Below are positions 38,370 through 51,949 of a stretch of DNA of 64,000 nucleotides, piece after piece. Under the pieces are notes generated by a model. That model saw only the letters and a program-made list of their open reading frames with translations, ran no database searches and was not told where the DNA came from. Every line of letters starts with the position of its first letter. Positions within the stretch are counted from its first letter, which is position 1. Origin of the DNA: Octopus sinensis. Lineage: Eukaryota. The translations under genes were made by a program, and so were the position numbers. The DNA is taken from assembly GCF_006345805.1 (NCBI RefSeq), contig NC_042999.1, positions 145,824,001 through 145,888,000 of the forward strand, read 5' to 3'.

Positions 38370-39500
38370 ATAGCTTGCCTCATGGGCAGGTAGAAGCTCT
38401 TTAACCTTGTTTGGTAATCTACCTCGGAGAAGGAAATCTCCGAAATAAAACGTGAGCCCTCAGAAGTTCCTGGTTTTGTCAATTTTCATGTGACACCGGT
38501 GAAACTCTTTTGGGGCCAATAGGTGGGGGTAGTGCAGTGCTGGCTACATCCACTGAAAATTATTCGTCTGCACAGGTACCTCCTGTACTCAAAATCTTAG
38601 TAAAACCACTCAATTGGTTGGTTGGCAGAAACCTAAAAATGCACTTGTAACTTACTATAAAGTGTCTCAATCAGTTCCAGTAAATGGCAAAAAAGGCTTG
38701 GGAATGTCAGGGGAACAGGTCTGGCTCGACAGGTGTCCCAGTGTATCACCGGCTGGACCCGGTCGCCGTCCTGCCACTGTGGTCAAATAATCTTCAAGAA
38801 AAAGTAAAAATAAACTCTTTAATTTCGGTTGTTGAAATGTGCGTACACTTCTTGAGATAGGTTCAAACAAGAGGCCCTAAAAGCGTACTGCATTATTGCA
38901 GAGCTCAGAAATATTCCCTTGATATAGTTTCCCTCTCTGAAACCCGTCTCTCTGGTAGGGTCAAGTAATGAACTTATTTATGGATATACTATCTTTTGGA
39001 GAGGCCTACAAAGGTCAGCATAAGAATCTGGTTTGGGTTTGCTCTCACGAATACAGTAGTATCCTCCATAGTAGCTTCCAAGTAGTATATCTGAACGGAT
39101 CATGTCATGCCATATTAAGCTGACAATAAGTAGGTTTCTTACCGTTGTCAGTATTTATGCATCAACAATATCCCATTTTGATGAAACAGTCGTACAGTTT
39201 TATGACGATCTAGCACGATTATTGAGGAAAGTACCAATTTCTGACAAGCTGGTCATATTGGGAGATTTCAATGCAAGAGCTGGAAAGGACTATATTTCTT
39301 GGCCTGTTTCATGTCGACCTAGGATTGGAAATATTAATGCAATAAAAATGGAGTAGCTCTTTTGACGTTTTGTACTGAGAATAATCTGGTTGTCACCAAT
39401 ACTCTGTTTAAATACAAAAATAAAAAAAAAACCCACCTGGATGCACCCAAGATCTAAGCGCTGGCATCTCATAGATTATATTCTGATCAGGAAACGTGAA
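38370..39500 (+). mobile_element. Degenerate RTE LINE 5' part (5' UTR plus APE endonuclease)
   Basis: Frames give (W)NVRTLL...LDIVSLSETRLSG, QFYDDLARLLRKVP..DKLVILGDFNARAGKD, ENNLVVTNTLF, WMHPRSKRWHLIDYILIR; 5' UTR-like ggtaatctacctcggagaaggaaatctc. Confidence 0.85.
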
Positions 39501-40054
39501 CAGGAAACGTGAACATGAAAGGTGGAACATGTTTCTCTCTCTCGGGATTTGAAAGACTTAATATGCTGCCCATCTATTTTGAAAGTATTCTCAATCGAGC
39601 GTATATAATAATCTTAGTGCGCTAGTTTAGATTTGTACGTAAGCATCTTAATAAGACAGTTGCATTCTGGAACTTATATTTGAAGCGCTTTCATTTCTAC
39701 AATTTTACATCCGGATATTTCGAACATATTCTTTTCCAAGCATATAACAGCTCACTATTACATAATACCTTTTGAAGTGATTTTAATATTTATAGTGATA
39801 GGAAAGTGGTATTTTACTTATTGACGAGATTGTTGTAGCTATAATGAATAGGCTACACAAAACTAAAGTGAATTCCGTACATTTTCCTAATGCTACAACA
39901 CTGAGATTCACCTCACATATCCCATAAATATGGGTGTATCTGGGTGTATGTATATATATGTACATATCGTTGCGCGTACGCATGTATATGTATATATGCT
40001 TGTACATACGTACATATATACATATGTATGTATGCATGCCATTATTGAATTTTA

Positions 40055-40145
40055 TTTCAAGATTTTTTGCCAATAGAGAAAGAGCCGGATTCTAACCTAG
40101 ATCCAAGGCTCCGTCATTGGAATTTCAACATCTACAACAGGGTAT
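40055..40145 (-). mobile_element. Solo 3' terminus of the RLE LINE at 11692/12205, abutting (TATG)n
   Basis: tttcaagattttttgccaatagagaaagagccggattctaacctagatccaaggctccgtcattggaatttcaacatc. Confidence 0.8.
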
Positions 40146-40170
40146 ATATCTATGTATATGTGTGAGTATG

Positions 40171-40204
<34 letters not shown>

Positions 40205-41258
40205 TATATGTATGTATGTATGTATGTATATATGTGTGTATGTATGTATGCATGTATGTACGTATTTATGTATGTATGTATGTACGTACGTACGTATGTA
40301 TGTATTTATGTTACAACATGTGGGTCAAGGTTCAAGTGGTAGCTGACAAAGTGTAAACACGAAAAACATTAACATAAACTTTTGTACAAACTTAATTGCA
40401 CGTCGAAATAAGGTAAAGAAGTAGAGAAGAAGATACAAGAAATGAAACTATGCCTGTTTAAAATGAGTATCTTTGCACTACATGGTTTAGAATACACAAA
40501 CACACATACACGCGCGCGCATATGTATGAATATATAAATATTGTATTTCAGGATGGTCATTTTTTTTCAAATAAACACATGTTCTTCACTCGTTTATTAT
40601 TGTTCTCATTCTAACTCACATTCATTATCCGGAAACCTTTCGTCACACATATCTCTTTAACGACATTTTCCGTCTTCATGTGTGCTCTCGCTCCACTTAT
40701 TCCATTCTTCTTTTTTGCTTGGACACTGGCTTTTAACAATAGGTTTCCCTTATCTTGAAAAGTAATTTTTAATCGAAAAAATTTCTAAACGATGAACTTT
40801 TATCTTACCTTTTATATTATTTATCTATATGTTTCCTATATATATGTATTTTTATATCTTTTTATATATCTATATATTTATATATTTCCTTATATTTTTA
40901 TGTATTTGTTATTCTAGATGTTGTAATGTTAATATATATATATATCTGTTTTAGTCGCTAAAGTATTAATCATTAACTTTTAACCGCGATGGACAGTATT
41001 CACGCATTTCTTATATTTTTCTTATATGCTTGTATTGATGAGTAGTACTTCATCTTCCGTGATTTTATGTATGTATATTCTATGTGAAAGAAAAAGCATT
41101 ATGTGATTAAATGTTCGAGATATGAAATGTTACGTGGATGACCTTATATTTGTTTGTTCTGCAACCATACTTTAATATATTTGTCTCATTTAATTGAGCA
41201 CTTCTATAGCAGTCCTATTAAACATTTTGTTCCTGATAAGAAACAATCACTTTATTAT

Positions 41259-41320
<62 letters not shown>

Positions 41321-41334
41321 ATATATATATATAT

Positions 41335-41442
<108 letters not shown>

Positions 41443-41699
41443 AGAAAATAGTAAAAAGTGAAAAAACTACAGAAGGCTTGTTTTAAAAGGTTAAAAAATA
41501 TATATTTGAGTCAATATGTCTGAAGAATATTATAAATTTTTTTCTTACAATGACATAGTTTAGAAGAAATGACCGGTTTCGCGTTTAGCTTTTCAAATTT
41601 ACATCGTTATGTTTATGTTGAGAAGAGTTATCGTTATGTTTATGTTGAAAAGAGTTCTAGATAAGGGGAGGTAATAAGTGATTTCTTCCGGTGTAAGGG

Positions 41700-41945
41700 A
41701 GATAATCGCTTAAAATTTTTTGCCTTTCCTTTGGGGTGAATTTCTCTGTATAAGTATGTTGGAATGGTTAAGTTTGGGCTTGTACGTTTCAATGAAGAAT
41801 GTTTCCTTGTTTAGTCTAATTTGTGTTGATGTTCCGATAGCACATTGGTAAAATGGAAAGATTAAAAATTGTGGTAGTAGTTGCTTTGCACATTTTTCAA
41901 TGTGCTCACTAAAAGATATCATTCTGTATTCTGGGAATGCAATCT
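41700..41945 (-). mobile_element. Penelope-like GIY-YIG endonuclease C-terminal fragment
   Basis: SEHIEKCA...FLIFPFYQ...IRLNKETFFIETYKPKLN matches the PLE terminal motif RxxxExxFIxxxxPxLN. Confidence 0.75.
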
Positions 41946-41974
41946 ATATATATATATATATATAGTGTGGTGGT

Positions 41975-42166
41975 GGGGGGAATTCACAAAAAACAAAAGA
42001 CGAAGACACGTGGTGTAAGACAACAAACAGATGTATTAGTTTAACGCTCAGAAAGTGAAAAAGTCTTTAACGTTTCGAGCCTACGCTCTTCCACAGAAAG
42101 GAACACAGAAAGAAACAAAGAGAGAAAATAATGTGTAGTGGCTAGTGATCTATCATGGCGAATGCC
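41975..42166 (-). mobile_element. Penelope-associated repeat with minimal hammerhead-like motif at 42065-42100
   Basis: Minus strand cttt-CTGTGGA-A-gagc(gtag)gctc-GAAAC-GT-T-aaag; same family as 2451 and 57590. Confidence 0.7.
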
Positions 42167-42716
42167 ATATAGTTTACAGATGAGATCGAGAGATTCTCAA
42201 TGTAGAAAACACTTTGTAGCGCTCAGATGATTTGTAACTGCACTCTAAAATCTTTAATGAGGATCGAGTCACTAGGGTGAAGAGCGGCAATAGGGTGAAT
42301 TTAAGTGTGCATATATGGACAAAATGATTGAAACGAACAGATAAAACTCCTTGGGTTTGATGTACAGAATATATATGTATGTATACAGGAAAATCGAGAG
42401 AAGGCAAAGACTGAATATTTTCAGATGGTTGACATTCAAGCATGAATACATATATACTTATAAATTAATAGAGCAAATTTACTCAGATTAGATATGCTCA
42501 AAGAATTAAAGTGAGAAGATATGGTGTTAGAAGCCCGACATTATATGTGCGTGTGCGCATGTGCGTCAGCGCGTGCGTGTGTGTGTAGTTACTATTACGT
42601 TGGTATATAAGGTAAAACGTTCGAGTATTGTGTAGTAATCAAAACTCGTTTATCTGAAGCTTCACTCATCAGGTCTCTGTGTCTATTGTAATTATATCAT
42701 ATTGAAACGAAAATAA

Positions 42717-42878
<162 letters not shown>

Positions 42879-43239
42879 TAAATATTTATTACATGTTAGT
42901 CAGAAGACGATAAACTTCTGCGACATTTAAAATTTGTTTTATCATTAATAATTACATTTCATGAATCTTATTCCATATTTCTTGAAAATAATTTCCTTTT
43001 ACACTTCTTGAATTTGTGAAAAGAAGCATTATTAAAGATATCAGTTACATTATGACAAAAATGATTATGATATATAATTCATTGTGGCCACATAGCGAGA
43101 TTCGCAACCACGTAATTACTTGTTTGATTCAAATCCACGATGTTCGGGCAAGTATTTCTGCAGTAACATTGTATAGACCAGTGTCAAATATCAGAACAGA
43201 TATTTGAAAGACGGAAAATATGCAGAAGCCCGTTGTTTA

Positions 43240-43294
<55 letters not shown>

Positions 43295-44615
43295 ACATTT
43301 CTAATTAATAGCGACAAAAGCGGTATTATTACCAAAAGGTATGTTGATCTCCAGCTTAACAGGTTAGAACAAAAAATACTGCGTTATCTTTATCTATCGG
43401 AGAGAATTTCTCAGAGGAACTCGTACTACATAAAAGCGCATGTAATTATATCATTGACGGGAGATTCGGTTTTTATCGCGCTGCTGGACATCTGTTACTT
43501 AAGAAACCACAGAAGGGTGAAATCACATGATCTCGTAACACCGGAGGACGTAGTAGATGATGTTCGGTTGTCTTGTCAACAATACCATTGCATGTGCCTT
43601 TATGCAGCACGAGTCCTTATGAGTTTTTCTCTCAAGGTAATTTATGCAGTACTCTGAGGTGATATGCCCGGAAATTGCATACGTAAAAGAAAATTTACGT
43701 ATGATGTAAAAACAGCTTTAGTATAATAAATATTATTAAATACATATACTAATGTATATGCTTTGTGTATTTTCCGTTGGTTCCGGTGGATGTAATGGCT
43801 AGCGGAGTATACTACTCTCATGTCGCCGATGTTAAAACAGGTCACATTCATGGACATTCAAGATAATTCACCCTCAATCCCAATATTTATTATACAAGAG
43901 CTACTTTTACTTCACACACACACACATGTACACGAAAAGATTTGCTTGAAACAAGTGCTTTTAAAAACTTATTTTACTTTATTTACAATAGTACACATGA
44001 TAAGGCAATTGTGTCTCAGAACTAGTGACATCAAAACGTTATCAGCGAATATAATAAATTATTGTCATTAATCGAATTAGCTGTTGCCAAGACGTAGCGA
44101 TAAGTCTTCGGCAATTTTCATTTTAAACTATAATTTGTTACCGTTCTTTTGGCTATCATAAGAATAAACGCAGTCGAACAGAGTCCAATGTAAGTCTTCT
44201 TTTCAAGTTTTGTTTATCTAGAACTAAATTATTTAATTAAACCTTCCTTTTCTTAAGACGGTGGGCTGTGGAATGAGAGATATTTCTGTCCTCTTACTTT
44301 GGAGATCGAGTAACCACGAAGACGTATACTCGCTGAAAGTTGTAATGGAATCAGCAGCATGTTTCGAAGTCTATATAATTAACTGCAAATATACGCTGTA
44401 GATTAATTATATCGATCTCTTATTTGAGTATATTGCGCAGGTGTGTGTGTGTATGTTGTGCAAGTAAGCCAGTAATTGTATATTGTGAGTAAAACGTTAA
44501 TAGAATAACCAAGTTTTTCTTATCCGAGACTTTTGAATAGTGTTCTCTCTCTCTCATTCCCTCTCTCTCTCAAATTTCTGAACTATCGGATGCAAGTATA
44601 AGAATTTGCCTATAT

Positions 44616-44647
<32 letters not shown>

Positions 44648-44697
44648 ATATATATATATATATGCATATATATATGTATGTATGTATGTATGTATGC

Positions 44698-44747
<50 letters not shown>

Positions 44748-45214
44748 GTATGTATGTGTGTGTAATGCATATATAAAATATAGATATATATACATTACGC
44801 ACACACATGCACACATACATGCACACACATATGCATGTGTATGATTATGTATATGTATATATGCATATATATGATTAGAATAGCTGGGAAACTTCACTGG
44901 AGGATAGTGATAATTAAAATTAAAATTTGCTGTTAATTTATCTAATTGTCATTTGCTTTTAGAAACTAAACATCTAAGGAAATCAATATCCAATATTAAT
45001 TACTTTTGGCTGTAATGCGATAATTGCAAATTTTATATATCGTGTAATAATAAAAATAAAAACTACTTCGTGCATTTGCCAATTATTTTAAATTCAGGAA
45101 TAATTTACCTATTTTAAATTAATATCATTCATGATGTAAAACATAACACATCTTTAATGGCTCCAATACTCAACTGGTACTCAACTGGCACTTATCTTAT
45201 AAAAAGTAAAGTCG

Positions 45215-45370
45215 ATATCGGTGTACCATGCTTCAGGTGTCGAAGGGATCGCAGAGCAATGTAGAGATTAAGCGTTTTGGTCAAGAACACAACTCACCAA
45301 AAGGCCAAGGAAAAGAAACTACGTTCTCCCGATTGCGAGTGCAACACCTTAACCACTAGGCCGTGCGTCC
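45215..45370 (-). mobile_element. Degenerate tRNA-derived SINE 5' part (separate family)
   Basis: Minus strand ggacgcacggcctagtggttaaggtgttgcactcgcaatc (A-box-like) followed by a CORE-like gttgtgttcttgaccaaaacgcttaatc. Confidence 0.55.
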
Positions 45371-45377
45371 TATTGGA

Positions 45378-45410
<33 letters not shown>

Positions 45411-45435
45411 TAATAATAATAATAATAATAATAAC

Positions 45436-45486
<51 letters not shown>

Positions 45487-45487
<1 letters not shown>

Positions 45488-47469
45488 GAGATCATGGAGA
45501 ACCACACTAACTTTGAACAGTGACAATGAATCTCTAAATGCTGGTGATGTAAAAATTTCATGTGGCATTTTCCAGGGTGACTCACTATCACCACTCCTCT
45601 TCTGTTTAGCCTTAATACCTCTCTCAAAACTGCTCAATGATGCGCAGTACGGATATAAAATGTTTGATAAAAATATAAATCATCTCATTTACATGGATGA
45701 TTTAAAGCTCTTTGAAAAAATGACCAACAACTCAAGGGCTTACTAGCGATTGTCAAACAATTCAGTGATGACATCAGAATGCAATTTGGCCTCGATAAGT
45801 GTGCAAAGCTACCTTTATCAAAGGAAAAATGACAGAAACATTTAACGTTAACCTTGACCAGCAGAATGTCATAAAAGAATTAGACCCAGCAGAGAACTAC
45901 AAGTATCTAGGGGTAATTGAAGGAGAAGGAATAAGGCATTCAGAAATGAAGGAAAGGATCAGGAGAGAATGTTATCGCAGAGTAAGAGCAATACTCAAGA
46001 CAGAGCTGAATGCGAGAAACAGGATCGAAGCGAGCAAAGCATTAGCCATACAAGTCGTGACTTACAGTTTCAATATCGTTAACTGGTTAATTACTGAAAT
46101 ATGTAATCTTGACAGAAAAATATGAAAACTGTTGACAATGCATAGAATGCACCACCCTAAGGCAGATACAGAACGACTTTATCTGCCAAGAAAAGAAGGA
46201 GGCCGTGGACTTTTACAACTGGCAATAACAATGAAGATTGCTACAATTGGCCTAGACACCTACCTGAAAAGCTCTGAGGACTGGATGTTAAAACTTGTCT
46301 CAAAACATGAAAACAAGAAAGCATCATACTCAGTAACAAAGCAGGCAAAGGAATATCTAAGTGAATTCCAAATACAACCAATTTCGGAATTAGAGATAGA
46401 CATACAAGAAACAGGCACAGAAAAAGCTAAGCGCATGAAAACCCGTGCCAAATCTGCGGCTTTAGATATTCTGAATGATAAATGGCAAGAAAAACCTCTC
46501 TATGGCAAATACCCAAAGAGAGGAAATAATGCAGATGTTGACAAAGCCCTGACCCATCAATGGCTAATGACCTCTGGCTTAAAATCTGGAAACATAGAGG
46601 TTTATCAAAGCAGCTCAAGATCAATGCCTACCAACAAGAAACTACCAGGCCAACATATTAAAGATCAGAAGCAGTCCAACGTGTCGTGTATGCCAGCAAC
46701 AAAATGAAACCATTGACCATGTTGTCTCCAAATGCAGTCTTCTAGCGCCTACAGAGTACCTCAACAGGCACGATAGAGTTGCACAATATATTCACTGGGT
46801 AATCTGCAAAGACCTGGATTTGCCCCATGAAAAAAACTGGTGGGAACACAAGCCACCCCCGGTGCTTGAAAATGACCACATCTCACTCCTCTGGAACTTC
46901 ACCATTCAAACTGACGGAAAGATAGATGCAAATAGGCCAGACATCATATTGAAAGACTTCAAACAAAGAACATGCCTCCTCATTGATATGACTGTCCCAA
47001 TCGATATAAACGTATCTGTCAAGACCTACCAAAAACTGAGCAAATATAAAGATCTTGAAATAGAAATCAGCAAAATGTGGAACCTGAAAACTAAAACAAT
47101 ACCTGTTGTCATAGGTGCCCTGGGAATGATAGCAAAAGGGGCTGATAGCTACCTAACTCAGATACCAGGAAACCCAAAAATGGCAGAAATTCAAAAGATA
47201 GTGCTCATGGGAACTGCTCATATCCTACGCAAAATACTTTCTATGTAATCTCAAGGTTTAAAACAAACATAATTTTCGGTTTAAAAAAAAAAAAAATTAA
47301 TTTTTTTATTTTTAGACATTAATTAGTACAACACCAACCCCCCCTCCCCCCCCAAATATATGGCACACTAGGCATAACAACAACGTGAACTTCCAGCCTG
47401 TTGTCTCTTGAGGTCTCTGGGTGAGACTTGGAGCCAACTTGTACAAATATAAAGCAAAAGTCAAACATA

Positions 47470-47470
<1 letters not shown>
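45487..47470 (+). mobile_element. Second R4/Dong-like RLE LINE (different subfamily), 5'-truncated, between (AAT)n tracts
   Basis: GIFQGDSLSPLLFCLALIPL, HLIYMDDLKLF, MHHPKADTERLYLPRKEGGRGL, RHDRV, RPDIILKD, IPVVIGALG, GTAHILRKILSM stop at 47248; (AAT)n at 45380-45486 and 47471-47516. Confidence 0.95.
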
Positions 47471-47517
<47 letters not shown>

Positions 47518-47584
47518 GAAGAAGAAGAAGAAGAAGAAGAAGAGGATTGGAAGTGTTATCATGTACATTGTTTTGTCTTGGAAT

Positions 47585-47943
47585 AAAATATGGGCTACTG
47601 GAATAAAAGATGGGCTACTGGAGCATCATAGCGATGTGTTGAAAGGGATTCTTTGGGGCTTGAATAGATCACCTCTGGATGTTTCGTTCAACATCCTTAA
47701 ACAACCCATATTCAGGGACCTTTTGGGAGGGATGGGTTACTCGATCAGAAGAAAATTTTAACTGGGAGCCACCTGCAAGGTCATGTGCTGTTTATCTTGA
47801 TATGAGATCACCATATTGCGCACATATGGTTGTGATGCATGTGCCTAGTGTACCCTTTTCAGACGGGTAGTCATGATGGGTATACTGGGCTTCGTATATT
47901 TTACCCCAGTGTAACTTTGATGGCATGCACTGCTCTCTCACTC

Positions 47944-47945
<2 letters not shown>
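47585..47945 (+). mobile_element. 3' end of an interspersed retroelement with (AAT)n tail
   Basis: Ends gggtagtcatgatgggtatactgggcttcg...gcactgctctctcactc(aat)n, recalled as an abundant octopus retroposon terminus; clade not established. Confidence 0.5.
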
Positions 47946-47990
<45 letters not shown>

Positions 47991-47991
<1 letters not shown>

Positions 47992-48350
47992 TTTTGCGGT
48001 GTGTCTCTCTTGAGATGGCCTACCTAATGCATAGTAATAAGCGTATATTATTTCTTAATACTCTTCTCGGGTCCATTTGTTCCGCTTACATTTTTCTTTC
48101 TGCGGTGGTTGTGGGCTCGAGTTGGGGAATTTCCCGTTCAAGTGACCATCCATGTCCGTATTCGGAGAAGAGTTTGTGCCAGTTGATGACTTTTCGATCC
48201 CAGGCTGGCTCTTCCCTGGGGGACGCGCTTCCAGATTAACCACAGAGCAAGCGATTTGGTTTACTGATTTTGTTTTCCTTTTAGTTTCCAAAAACATTTT
48301 GGTGCTACGATAATGTTATCATTTTTGAGCTTTGATTGGCTCGCGGGGAG
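47991..48350 (-). mobile_element. N-terminal ORF fragment of an R4/Dong-like element
   Basis: ...QKEKCKRNKWTREEY*EIIYAYYYALGRP matches the R4/Dong N-terminal RxKWTxEE...V..xYY motif; truncated at the microsatellite. Confidence 0.7.
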
Positions 48351-48490
48351 ACGGCCATCATTGCCGTTACAATTATAATCGTACCATTACAGCAGCTGTA
48401 GTCGGCTTATTATTGTTATTATCATCACCATTATTATCACTATCATCATTATCACCACTATTACTATCATCATTATCATCATCACCATCA

Positions 48491-48521
<31 letters not shown>

Positions 48522-48904
48522 TGATATTGTTTTATGTGTAGTCACAGCAGTATCTTATTATTGTTATTTTTGTTTTTATCATTATCACCATCACAGTAGT
48601 GTCTGTCTGTCTCGTTGGCTGGCTGGATGGTTGGCTGGCTGGCTGTCTTCAACGCCAGAATTCCTGCCTGTCAAATAATACTTTCATATTTGGTTAACAT
48701 CTAAAGAGCCGAGGTGAGGTTTGTGTTGGCTGAACTCTGTGAGTGTGAGTGCGTGTATGTGTGTACGTGTGTGTAGATAGATAAATTATCAGCACTATTA
48801 CTATCATTATTATCATCATCACCATCATCACCATCACCATCAGCACCATCATCATCTGTGATTTTTTTTCCTTTTTTTTTCTTTTTTTGATGGGTACTAC
48901 CCTT

Positions 48905-49079
48905 GTATTTTAATTTAACTTAAAAAAATGAACGAACTAGTGAGTTTAGTTTAATGGCCTACCAATGTATACTATGAGTTTCTTTGCCCTAGGAGTCGGG
49001 AAGACACTCGGCAAGAAATGGAAGCAAATTTGAAAGAAGAAGAAAAAAAAGATAATAATAATAATAATAATAATAATGA

Positions 49080-49129
<50 letters not shown>

Positions 49130-49273
49130 ATAATAATAATAATAATATATAATAATAATAATAATAATAGGAGTCGAGAAGACACTCGGCAATAAATGGA
49201 AGTAAATTTGAAAGAAGAAGAAAAAAAGATGATAATAATAATAATGATAATAATACTAATACTAATAATAATG

Positions 49274-49316
<43 letters not shown>

Positions 49317-49410
49317 CAATGTATACTATGAGTTTCTTTGCCCTAGGAGTCGGGAAGACGCCCGGCAAGAAATGGAAGCAAATTTGAAAGAAGAAGAAAA
49401 AAAAAGAAAA
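48905..49410 (+). repeat. Head-to-tail array of three short 3'-UTR copies of the 29601-32817 element separated by (AAT)n/(ACT)n
   Basis: 48905-49050, 49168-49227 and 49315-49410 each end ...gacactcggcaagaaatggaagcaaatttgaaagaagaa(aaaa), matching 32666-32817. Confidence 0.93.
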
Positions 49411-49454
49411 AAAAAAAATAATAATAATAATAATAATAAGAAGAAGAAGAATAG

Positions 49455-49830
49455 TAACGATGTTATCCTGAGGGTTAAGGTTGCGGTTTGATGACAACAT
49501 AACTCCTCCGATCTCGAAATTTTTTCTGAATATTTTTGTATCCTGTATGATGGCATTCATTTTCTCTAGACTGACAGGACATGTGTCAATTATAATATGC
49601 TGAAGCATCTTAGACATCAATTTAGGTGATATACTCAGCGATCTTTGCCTTTGACTTTCATAATCTTTCCACCTTTCTAACTTGGTACTGATACTTCACA
49701 ATTTTGTTTTTTTTTTACATCCACTCTACTATCATATGGTATTGCAAAATTAATGATATTCCCCCTTCCGTTAATACTCCCTTGTAAGATAGATTTGGCA
49801 AGATTCATCATCTATCAGTGACCTGATTCT
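49455..49830 (-). mobile_element. Degenerate RLE LINE C-terminus and 3' UTR, antiparallel to the adjacent array
   Basis: IINFAIPYDSRVD...KYQ...VERL...AIIQDTKIFRKNFEI resembles IIDFAIP.D.....EK..KY...LLGTA.ILRKVL. Confidence 0.75.
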
Positions 49831-51949
49831 GTTCACGGTCACCAGGCTACCAAATTCCAGAATGAGTGGAAATATCTACCCATTGGGAGAGTGATTGGTG
49901 TGTAATGTACGAAGGCTGTATCAGTCGTATCTGATCGTCTTCCATGTAAGTTTCTGGTTAAAATTTATTTTATTATTTTTTTAACCGAAATTCTATTACC
50001 TATGAATGTTAAGAATTAAACAAGAAAAGAGAGCGCATTTAGTGGTAGATACAATAAAGTGAAACTTCTTAGAATTTCCCTTAGAAAAAATATGTAAGTT
50101 TGTCTATATGATTTGAAATTTTTATAGCGGTTTGTGTATTTTTAAATCAATTCAATTAAAAACCTGCAGTCATATGCTAACTGCAAAGATAGCCGAAGGA
50201 AATATCTGAGTGTCTGTCACTCACACACTCACTCACTCGGTCTTTCTTTCTTTCTCTCTCTTTCTTCATGTTTTTCTCTCTCTCCCCCTCTCTTTTCCGT
50301 GCTCTCTCACCTTTTCTCTCTTTATTTTTTCTCCTCTCTTTCTCCCGCGCCCTCTTTCTTCGAACATAAGATTACTCCAAGCTTTTGGAAATATTCTATG
50401 AAACAAAAATAATAAGGAAGCATATTTTATAGCATATAAACTCCGCAGACATCTTATATTATTTCAAGGCAGTTTGTTAAGGTTACTTGCTTTACATTGA
50501 CAGCAATTGTTACTAACTTTATACTGAAAGGAAATTCTTCAAGGCTGTTTATCTGCAAAATACAAAAGGAATTTTCAGAAGTATTAGAAAAAAAGTAAGC
50601 TTGAGATGCTTACATAACATTGTCATCTTTCTTAAAGGGACTCTTAAAAGCGAAATACCAGTGATAAATTGCAAATGAGTTGATCGATTTGCATGCAATA
50701 ACAGCTTCAATTTACTACGAAAGAAATTATTACATATTAAACCATTGTATTTACATATTCAACCATTAAGCTTATAAATTAAGCCATTCATTTACATATT
50801 AAACAAAAATTAGAAAAACAAAAATACAATTTATTATGTTAATGTATATATTGGTTTCATTAAAAGACCCACTTCAAGAAATAAAATCAGACATTTTAAT
50901 ATGTAAATGACATAGTTACTTTCGTTTAACAACTTAGCTTATATTTTTTTTAATGTATGATCGATTAAGTTAATTCCCTTTAAAGCTGATATTTATGTAA
51001 ATTTCTTTTTAATGGTGGGAGGTTCTACATGGTTGCCTGGTCTAATCAAAATAACTAACAAATGTATTTAGAATCATACATTTTCCATTCTTGGGCCGTC
51101 AGTTTTGTCGATGCTGGAGGGCATGCGTCATCTTTAACACTCTCAACCTGATTGAGCTCATCTCTCTCTACTGGTCTGTCAGTTTTAATTTGTTCCAGAG
51201 AGAAAAAGAGAGAGGAAGAAAAGGAGAGAGAGAGAGAGAGAGAAATGAAACAAAGAGAGAAGATAAGCCCCAGTATAATAGCTTTATTTATTGATCCACA
51301 TAGAATGAATTGCAAAGTTGAATTTAGTAAGATTTTAACTCGGAGGCAAGAGTGTCAGAACAAGCACCACAAAGCATTCATTCCGATGCTGTACAGATTA
51401 TATCAGTTCACTTCCTATATCTATTTCAAATAACACTCTAAACAAACTTGAAGGGAAGATAGGCTAATGTAGTTTTAGCTATACTATGCATGAAAATTAA
51501 AAAGAAAACAAAGTCGTCATGGATAGAACTTCATCGATCATAGGTCTCCTCTTTGATCATAGCTCTCCTGGAGATCAAACGACAATTGTTTCTACAACAG
51601 AATTCTCATTTTTAGTTATTACACCATTGTTATACTTTAAAATACCTCACAGCTTACAAACAGGTCACAGAGTGAAATAAATTGATTTCACATGAAGAAG
51701 AGAACAGGACAGAGGCTGGTGTCCAGCGACCTTTATCACTATGTAAATACATTGTACTTATTATTTGCTCATGCAGACCATTCCCTAGTTTATTCGATTT
51801 GACTATTTCGCTTGAAAACTCAGTTTACGAAGCTTACAACTAATTACATGATACAATATCTATAAAATATAAATATCTTAAATGCAGATGATGTATTTTT
51901 CTAAACATTGAATTTAATATATTTGCTTTATTGTAATATGTGCTTACAG

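Noticed and set aside
48905-49410. CRISPR-like repeat-spacer array
   Set aside because: Repeats are unequal-length LINE 3' UTR fragments and the spacers are microsatellites, in a eukaryotic intron.
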